Source of the DNA: Gemmatales bacterium
Lineage (GTDB): Bacteria; Planctomycetota; Planctomycetia; Gemmatales; Gemmataceae
Assembly: GCA_038239195.1 (NCBI GenBank)
Contig: JBBSEZ010000028.1
Span: forward strand, 1 to 24,000
Direction: 5' to 3'
Length of the DNA stretch: 24,000 bases
Below, piece by piece: positions 8,033 through 13,438 of the stretch (its first letter is position 1; each line of letters starts with the position of its first letter). The translations under genes and the position numbers were made by a program. Below the pieces are notes generated by a model. It saw only the letters and a program-made list of their open reading frames with translations. It made no database searches and had not been told where the DNA came from.

Positions 8033-8399
8033 TTGAATCCCACACGTCTGCGCACAGGTCTCGGACTCCTTGTTTTGCCAGCAGAGCTGCGAACGTTGCG
8101 AGCGCTTTGCTCTGACCAAAGTACTCGGCAATGACCATCCAGATCGCTTGCGCGAGGGGGAAAAGGTCCCCCTCCGCAGCAGAGCGCACCGTTTTGTTCG
8201 CGCAGACCTTGAACCTCACCTTGCTGACGCGTTCCTGAAGCCATTCTTTGCCGCTTGCAATCAGCTTTGCCGGTGTGCCCGGCACCGAGCCGAGATAGTT
8301 ATTTTCTCCGAGTTCACTGAGAAGGTCATTCTCGTCTTTCGCGAGAGCATCACGAAGCAATCGTGATACCTCTTCTGGTGACATACTCATCTCAGCCAC
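8019..8399 (-). CDS. Hypothetical small protein, translationally coupled to the HExxH gene (start GTG 8399 or ATG 8390)
   Basis: AAGGAGA lies 7 nt upstream of GTG 8399 (VAEMSMSPEEVSRLLRDALAKDEND..). The 189-aa track ORF extends further 5', but that extension looks non-coding. The TAA at 8019-8021 lies 14 nt inside the next gene. I recognise no family. Confidence 0.6.
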   Translation of the reverse strand: MAEMSMSPEEVSRLLRDALAKDENDLLSELGENNYLGSVPGTPAKLIASGKEWLQERVSKVRFKVCANKTVRSAAEGDLFPLAQAIWMVIAEYFGQSKALATFAALLAKQGVRDLCADVWDSNDEH

Positions 8400-8637
8400 T
8401 GCGGTGTCTCCTTTATAGTGTTGGCCAACCGTCAAGAAACCAGTAGGCCGCCGGTCTGTGGGGTTTCGATTTCCAACCTCCCGCATGAATTGTGGAAGCC
8501 GCGCCAGGGATGCTGGTGCGGCTTGGGCACCGAGTTTGCAAGCGATCACTGGATGAACCGGCCACGTATCCGCGATCACCGAAGGCAAACTACAACCGCA
8601 CTTGCTCGCCGACTAGATGGCAAACGTATACAGAACG

Positions 8638-9027
8638 CTATAGCTCAGCCGCCGGGGCCGCCTGCTTTGACGACGTTGGACCAGAAGCCGAATTGGCGGC
8701 CCCGGTCGGCTGGAGCGATTGGTTCGGCGAGCCGCCGCCCAAGAGCCGCGCTCGATTGTAATGTGCGGCCATGCTCCACTTCGATTCATCATCGTAGAAA
8801 ATGATCACGGCATACGCGGCATGGGCCATCGGATCGGGAAGCCAGGTCGCAAAGACCTCTGGCCTCAAGTCGCCCGGGGCCACGCCGATCTGTAGGCAGA
8901 GCTCACGGACACAGATCCATTCCCCGGATCGCTTGCTATCCAGGAGGTGCAGAGGAAAGGCTTCAGTCTTCCTCAAACTCACCAAGTCCGTGCACGTGTT
9001 GAACAGCGTGATTTCGTCGTCTTGCAT
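8638..9027 (-). CDS. Hypothetical protein, immunity/antitoxin-like by position
   Basis: GAGGAGG lies 5 nt upstream of ATG 9027 (MQDDEITLFNTCTDLVSLRKTEAFPLHLLDSKRSGEWICV..). The start is 10 nt after the upstream stop. The C-terminal ~40 aa are low-complexity and may be read-on. I recognise no family. Confidence 0.55.
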   Translation of the reverse strand: MQDDEITLFNTCTDLVSLRKTEAFPLHLLDSKRSGEWICVRELCLQIGVAPGDLRPEVFATWLPDPMAHAAYAVIIFYDDESKWSMAAHYNRARLLGGGSPNQSLQPTGAANSASGPTSSKQAAPAAEL

Positions 9028-9037
9028 CGGCCCCTCC

Positions 9038-9382
9038 TCACTGGACAAACGCCTTCAGCCTCTGAAACTCCTCTTCCGTAGCCGAGCGGATCGTCCCATC
9101 TCGCAGCCGAGCTTGATGAGCGGCATCCGGTCGCCTGACAGAGGTGACATGCTCGCCATGCTCCTCGACGATGTGTTCCCGTCCTCTCGAACCGCGCACG
9201 ACAAAGCGGCCATCGTCTGCTTGAACAAACACATCCTGTTGCCCAGCCCTCTGGATGTCGTTTACCACTTCCCCAATCGGGCGCCCTTGTCCGGATCGCA
9301 GTCGGGCGTGTTCGCTTCTCGTGATGCCTGCTTGGTCTTGCTCTCCTCCGTTGTCCGAAGCAGGTTCGTTCGCGTCAGGCAC
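9038..9382 (-). CDS. Hypothetical small protein with a toxin-like (DUF4258/BECR-like?) sequence pattern; the ORF is open up to 9508
   Basis: GGAGGA lies 6 nt upstream of GTG 9382. The sequence ITRSEHARLRSGQGRPIGEVVNDIQRAG..DVFVQADDGRFVVRGSRGREHIVEEHGEHVTSV loosely recalls small RNase-type toxin domains: an H-A-x-x-R helix, then a G-R..h-I-V..V-T strand pattern. This resemblance is from memory and is not a computed match. Confidence 0.5.
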   Translation of the reverse strand: MPDANEPASDNGGEQDQAGITRSEHARLRSGQGRPIGEVVNDIQRAGQQDVFVQADDGRFVVRGSRGREHIVEEHGEHVTSVRRPDAAHQARLRDGTIRSATEEEFQRLKAFVQ

Positions 9383-9510
9383 GAGCAGTCCTCCGGAACT
9401 GGCCTCGCAGCGCTCTCGTCCGCGACGGGTTGCTTGCGAGGCGCGACGCGGACGGGCCTCTTGTAGTCGCGAGACTGCTCGTTCACAGGGCACTGCGCCG
9501 AAACGCAATG

Positions 9511-9590
9511 GAATCTATGCTGCGTGGTCCGCGCGGAGAGGCCGTGTCCTCGCCGAAGTCGTGCCCCGCGGACCACGCAGCCATAGATTC
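9511..9590. repeat. Large imperfect inverted repeat (23-24 nt arms, ~33-nt loop)
   Basis: The left arm gaatctatgctgcgtggtccgcg (9511-9533) pairs with the right arm cgcggaccacgcagCcatagattc (9567-9590), which has one extra C. It sits between the low-GC islet and the IS91-like remnant. Confidence 0.75.
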
Positions 9591-9861
9591 TGGTTGAACT
9601 TACCCGCCGGTGGGGGCTTCTCCCCTGGGGGCATTCAATCCAGTCTCCCGACTCTCCACCCGATGCTACCCCACGCCGGCCCCTGCCGCAAGCACTTTCC
9701 GCCCGCCCCGGTCCCCGCATCGGCGCGGCGCTTTTGCCTCTCTACTGCCGCCCACGGGGCGCCCCCGCCACCCGGGCAACCGCAGCCGGCGCGCGCACCG
9801 CGTATGCCGACGGGCCGCCACGCCGCCCTGCGCCTGCCTCGCCGCCGCCACCACGCGCCCC

Positions 9862-10390
9862 TCACGAATTGTCCACTCCCTCGATGGCCACGACGGGCCC
9901 CGCCACCCCGGGCGCCACTTCGCCGTCCCGGACCAGCGGCCCCACCCCGCAACGCGGGCACAACTCCGCCTCGGCCGCCGATGCCACGAACGCAGGACCA
10001 CGTACGCCAGCGGCCACAGCAGCCGACGGCACAACGACAACTTCTCCTCACTCCCCCGGTTGGCCAGCAGGCCGTAGTGCCCCGCCGCCACGAATCCCCG
10101 CGGCAGCACGTGCCCCGTCCAGCGCCGCAAGAGCTCCACCACCCCCCGCGTCAACTCCTTGGCGCGGCCCCTTGCTCCTGCTACCCCGGGGCGTGACTCA
10201 CTGCCGCTCTCTTGCCGCGTCGTGGCCCGTCTAACGGGGCCGGCCTGTCGGGCTACAACAGCAGCGCCCGGCAGTTCAGCCGCTCGACCAGCAAGCGCCT
10301 GGGCAACGCGACCTCGTGCTTCTGGTCGCGGCACGTTACCAGCAGCGCGTGCTGCTCCGGCGTCGCGGGATCGCGTTCGACGTGACTGGC
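9862..10390 (-). pseudogene. IS91-family (Y2/rolling-circle) transposase, C-terminal remnant with frameshifts and an in-frame stop
   Basis: Three minus frames each carry a piece. The first is ..TPEQHALLVTCRDQKHEVALPRRLLVERL.. (compare the family GGPEQVLRYLGRYTHRVAISNRRL). After a TAG and a frame change comes ..KELTRGVVELLRRWTGHVLPRGFVAAGHYGLLANRGSEEKLSLCRRLL (the family hallmark HVLPxGFxRIRHYGLLANR). After another frame change comes ..AEAELCPRCGVGPLVRDGEV..VDNS followed by a stop at 9862-9864 (C-terminal CPxCG ribbon). No N-terminal catalytic half is present. Confidence 0.55.
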
Positions 10391-10630
10391 ACTCAAGATG
10401 GGTGAAAGCGAAGGGACACAAGGGGCGAGGAAGAAGGGTTTTGGCGGAGAACGCCAAGGGGCGGGCGCGCCCCTTTTCGTCGCGAGGGAAGAAATCGCCC
10501 ATGAAATCGGGGCCATCCCAAGAAGTCACTCAAAGGCGCCTCGCAACGACGTACGCGCCACCGGTAGCCTTCTTGATGGTGGGGCGCATTCCCTGTTCCG
10601 GGCGCCCCGTCCCCCATCGAGGCTCACGCC

Positions 10631-11572
10631 ATGTCCCCCTTCCTGCCCGATGAGGCCCCCCGCCCCGATGCCGCGCCGACCGCGGAGAGCTCCACGAGCC
10701 CCAGCGGCCGCGATCACCGCGGCCGGTTCATGAGAGGCAACCCCGGCGGGCCGGGCAACCCGTTCGCCCGCCGGGTCGCCGCCCTGCGGGTGGCGCTGCT
10801 GCGCCCGGTCGGGGAGGAGCAGATGGCGGCGCTGGCCGACCGCCTCCTCACGATGGCGCTGGGGGGCGACCTCGTCGCGGCGAAACTGGTGCTCTCCTAC
10901 TGCGTGGGCAAGCCCGGCCCGTCCGTCGATCCGGACAGCCTCGACCGGCACGAGTGGGAACTCTGCCGCAAGTCCTCGGTGTCCTCCGAGGAGATGGTGG
11001 TGGCGATGGGCGTGCCGCTGGCCTTCGCCACCACCGTCGTGCGCGAGTCCAGCCCCGGCGTCGCCCAAGGCCTCGCCGACCAGATGCTCGACGGCCTCGC
11101 CGAGCAGGCCCGACTTGACGCCGAGGAAGCGGAGGAGGAGGCCGCCCTCGACGCCGAGGAAGTGGAGGGCAAGGAGGACGAGGACGAGGAGGAGGCGCAG
11201 CCCGAGGCCGCTCCCGCCACGCCGGCGCCCGAGGCGGGCTGGGCCGTGCCGCAATCGCTGGCGGCGATCCTGGCGGCGCTGGGCCTCGGCTCCCTCCCGC
11301 TGCCCGGCGTGCCCGGCGCGGGCAGCCCGACGATCCCGCTGGCGGGCCCGGCGAGCGAGGGCGCGGCCGCCCGCCGCACAGCCTGCCCGCCGGCGGGGCG
11401 GGACTATTCCAGCCGTCACCCCACGGCGGCTAACGGCGGTGCGGGGGCCGCTCCGGACCGTCACCGCACGGTGGCTAACGGCGTGGCTAACGGCTGCCCG
11501 GGGCCCGATCCGCGCGGGGCGGGCCGTCACCAGACCGGGGCTAACGGCGGGCCTGTCTCTGGGGCGGGGTAA
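10631..11572 (+). CDS. Hypothetical protein with an N-terminal GRFxxGNPGGPGNPFA motif (DUF5681-like?), an acidic linker, and a C-terminus built from DNA repeats
   Basis: 313-aa ORF with host-like GC3-rich codon usage. It contains GRFMRGNPGGPGNPFARRVAALR..GDLVAAKLVLSYCVGKP and a long E/D/A-rich stretch. The last ~55 aa (RHPTAANGG..RHRTVANGVANG..RHQTGANGG) are encoded by the GTCACC/GCTAACGG boxes. Confidence 0.55.
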   Translation: MSPFLPDEAPRPDAAPTAESSTSPSGRDHRGRFMRGNPGGPGNPFARRVAALRVALLRPVGEEQMAALADRLLTMALGGDLVAAKLVLSYCVGKPGPSVDPDSLDRHEWELCRKSSVSSEEMVVAMGVPLAFATTVVRESSPGVAQGLADQMLDGLAEQARLDAEEAEEEAALDAEEVEGKEDEDEEEAQPEAAPATPAPEAGWAVPQSLAAILAALGLGSLPLPGVPGAGSPTIPLAGPASEGAAARRTACPPAGRDYSSRHPTAANGGAGAAPDRHRTVANGVANGCPGPDPRGAGRHQTGANGGPVSGAG

Positions 11573-12000
11573 GGGGCCAGGCGGAGCGCCGGGGGCCTCC
11601 GGCCTGCCTTCCGCAACGGGCAGGTCGAAGACCTGCCCCACCCCTGCCGAGCCGTCACCGCACGGCGGCTAACGGCGGCGCGAAGCCCGGCCCGGCCCGT
11701 CACCCAACGGCGGCTACTGCGTCCGACCTTTCTAAAGATACAGGCTCCGCAGCGACATAGCGATGTCACTGGGGTTGGTTTCCCTAGACATGAGGCAGTG
11801 ACATCGGCACGTCACCTAGAGGATGGGTGTCTTTAGAAAGGTCGGACGCAGTAACGGCGGCGCGGGACCGATGCGGGCGGGCCGTCACCAAACCGGGGCG
11901 AACGGCCGCCCCGCTCCCGCGGCGAGGTGAAGCGTCACGGATCGTGGGGCAAGCCTCCTGCCTGCCTTTTTACACGGGCAGGTCGGCGACCTGCCCCACG
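11411..12000. repeat. Tandem duplication of a ~235-bp unit (I: 11411-11650; II: 11651-12000, carrying a MITE). Each unit has three CCGTCACC-N2-AC(G/C)GG-GCTAACGG boxes and a terminal 9-bp-stem hairpin
   Basis: The boxes lie at 11413-11439, 11458-11494, 11524-11550, 11652-11678, 11697-11716 (resuming at 11852-11860) and 11882-11908. Within-unit spacing is conserved at 45 nt, then 66 nt in unit I and 48 nt in unit II (MITE removed). Both units end with gggcaggtc-NNN-gacctgccc (11618-11638 and 11976-11996). Confidence 0.75.
11715..11853. mobile_element. MITE-like element: 135 bp (11717-11851) with 22-bp perfect terminal inverted repeats, flanked by a TA target-site duplication
   Basis: The TIRs are ctgcgtccgacctttctaaaga (11717-11738) and tctttagaaaggtcggacgcag (11830-11851). 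The flanks read ..acggcggcTA[element]TAacggcgg... Uninterrupted sister boxes read acggcggcTAacggcgg, which serves as an internal empty-site reference. An inner 11-bp hairpin pairs cgatgtcactg (11761-11771) with cagtgacatcg (11796-11806). The core is visibly lower in GC than its surroundings. Confidence 0.7.
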
Positions 12001-12017
12001 GAGCTCGCTTTGTTCGC

Positions 12018-12404
12018 GCCGCTGTCGGGGGCCGTGTCAGCGCGTTGACGATCCCGTGGAGTACCCACACGAGCCCCGAGGTCGCCCGCGTCGGGCTGTC
12101 CGAGCGCGAGGCCAAGGAGCAGGGCCTCCCGGTGGACGTCTTCACGCAGTCGCTCTCCGGGGTGGACCGGGTGGCCCTCGACGACGAGGTGGAGGGCTTC
12201 GCCCGCGTGCTGGTGAGGAAGGGCGCCGGCAGGGTCGTGGGGGCGACCGTCGTGGCGGCGCACGCGGGGGAGATGATCGCCGAGGTAACGCTGGCGATGA
12301 CGGCCAAGCTGGGGCTGGGGGCGGTCGCGAGGGCCGTTCACCCATGCCCCTCGCGGGTGGAGGCGCTGAAGAAGGCGGGCGACGCCTCCAACCGCACGCG
12401 GCTC
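12018..12404 (+). pseudogene. 3' fragment (dimerisation domain only) of a pyridine nucleotide-disulfide oxidoreductase (mercuric reductase / dihydrolipoamide dehydrogenase-like)
   Basis: ..GGRVSALTIPWSTHTSPEVARVGLSEREAKEQGLPVDVFTQSLSGVDRVALDDEVEGFARVLVRKGAGRVVGATVVAAHAGEMIAEVTLAMTAKLGLGAVARAVHPCPSRVEALKKAGDASNRTRL matches the C-terminal interface domain (IPWxTYTxPEVAxVG, GFxKV, GxxIVGxxAGE, HPxPT/S). There is no FAD/NAD(P)-binding N-terminal ~350 aa upstream. The frame opens only at 11931, inside repeat unit II. Confidence 0.7.
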
Positions 12405-12464
12405 CACGCTCTACCGACGCGCTCCGCCACGCCCGCCGACCTCCTTTCGCGCTTTCCTATTGAG

Positions 12465-12509
12465 AAAACCTTGCCGCCCCGCTGGCCATCGGCTTGTCAT
12501 TCCCGAGAA
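12465..12509. repeat. Interspersed 45-nt repeat, copy 2 (copy 1 at 5269-5313)
   Basis: aaaaccttgccgccccgctggccatcggcttgtcAttcccgagaa lies ~260 nt upstream of the actA start. Confidence 0.75.
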
Positions 12510-12771
12510 TGTATTTGCCGCGAGTGGGACGATCTCTCTCCCGCGCGGCCGCCGCGCGGAGACGCGGCCCTCTCCTGTCGCGCCGGAGCGCCCGCCGGCC
12601 CTCGCAACGATCCTTGCCGAGAGGCCCCCACGAGAGGTGGCTTGCTCCTTCGCCCCGAGCGGCGAGCCCGAGAGATTTCCCGCTCGAAGCGTCGCGGGAT
12701 GGCACGTGACTTGCCTTTCTGATCGCGGCCCCACCCCGGGCCCGTGACCTGTCCTGACACGGGGAGGACCG

Positions 12772-13416
12772 ATGCCCCAGATCTTCCACCGCAGCTTCAA
12801 TACGCTCTCCAAGGTGAGCATCTACGGCGCCGTCTTTCTGATTGCCGGGGCTGGCTACGCCCTCGCCGTCTTCGTGCGCTCCTCCTACGCCACCGACGCG
12901 GGCGTCACCCGCGAACAGCCGATCCCGTTCAGCCATCAACACCACGTCAACGAACTGGGCATCGATTGCCGCTATTGTCATACGTCGGTCGAAGATTCGC
13001 ACTTCGCGGGCATTCCGCCGACGAAGACGTGCATGAACTGCCACTCGCAAATCTGGGTCGGCGCCGACATGCTCGCCGCGGTGCGCGAGAGCTACCGCAC
13101 CGACAAGTCGATCCCCTGGCAGCGCGTCCACAAGCTCGGCGATTTCTGCTACTTCGACCACAGCATTCACGTCGCCAAGGGCGTCGGGTGCGTCACCTGC
13201 CACGGCCGCGTCGATCGCATGCCGCTCGTCTGGCAGGAGAACAGCCTGTTGATGGAGTGGTGCCTCGATTGCCATCGCCAGCCCGACAAGTACGTCCGGC
13301 CGCGCGACCAGGTCTTCAACATGACCTACGAGCGCCCGGACGCCGACGAGGGCAAGCGCCTCGTGAAGGAAAACAACGTCAAGTCGAAGATGAGCTGTAA
13401 CACCTGCCATCGGTGA
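12772..13416 (+). CDS. actA: Alternative Complex III subunit ActA, pentaheme cytochrome c
   Basis: Five CxxCH motifs (CRYCH, CMNCH, CVTCH, CLDCH, CNTCH), an N-terminal TM anchor (VSIYGAVFLIAGAGYALAVFV), GGAGGA upstream of the ATG, and first position in the act operon. Confidence 0.9.
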   Translation: MPQIFHRSFNTLSKVSIYGAVFLIAGAGYALAVFVRSSYATDAGVTREQPIPFSHQHHVNELGIDCRYCHTSVEDSHFAGIPPTKTCMNCHSQIWVGADMLAAVRESYRTDKSIPWQRVHKLGDFCYFDHSIHVAKGVGCVTCHGRVDRMPLVWQENSLLMEWCLDCHRQPDKYVRPRDQVFNMTYERPDADEGKRLVKENNVKSKMSCNTCHR

Positions 13417-13438
13417 CGGCTGGGAGGCGGAGGCCCCG

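Noticed and set aside
8412-8435. Sigma-70-like promoter (TTGACG ... TATAAA, minus strand) upstream of the small partner gene
   Set aside because: The spacer between the hexamers is only 12 nt, against 17 +/- 1 for the canonical form. The resulting transcript would barely include the SD. The palindrome is kept only as an observation inside the finding.
9590-9700. tRNA-like impression (ggcattcaatcc, resembling a T-loop) on either strand
   Set aside because: I could not build a T-stem, an acceptor stem or an anticodon arm around it. There is no cloverleaf.
9666-10529. 287-aa minus-strand ORF as an intact gene
   Set aside because: Only its middle (..LLRRWTGHVLPRGFVAAGHYGLLANR..) looks like real protein, namely IS91-type transposase. 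The family-like segments before and after it lie in other frames. I therefore treat the region as a degraded pseudogene, not a CDS.
10526-11641. 371-aa minus-strand ORF antisense to ORF 10631-11572
   Set aside because: It is an Arg/Gly/Ala-rich translation that incorporates the repeat boxes and the hairpin. The plus-strand frame has a more protein-like composition and a recognisable N-terminal motif. The plus-strand call is itself only moderate confidence.
11411-11910. Possible CRISPR array suggested by the recurring ~27-nt boxes
   Set aside because: Spacing is irregular (45/66/128 nt) and the boxes are imperfect. The pattern is fully explained by a two-unit tandem duplication. No cas genes or leader are present, and part of the array is coding.
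12045-12722. 225-aa ORF as a functional stand-alone oxidoreductase-like protein
   Set aside because: Homology covers only a C-terminal dimerisation domain. The second half of the ORF is non-homologous read-on through an intergenic repeat. It is annotated as a gene fragment instead.
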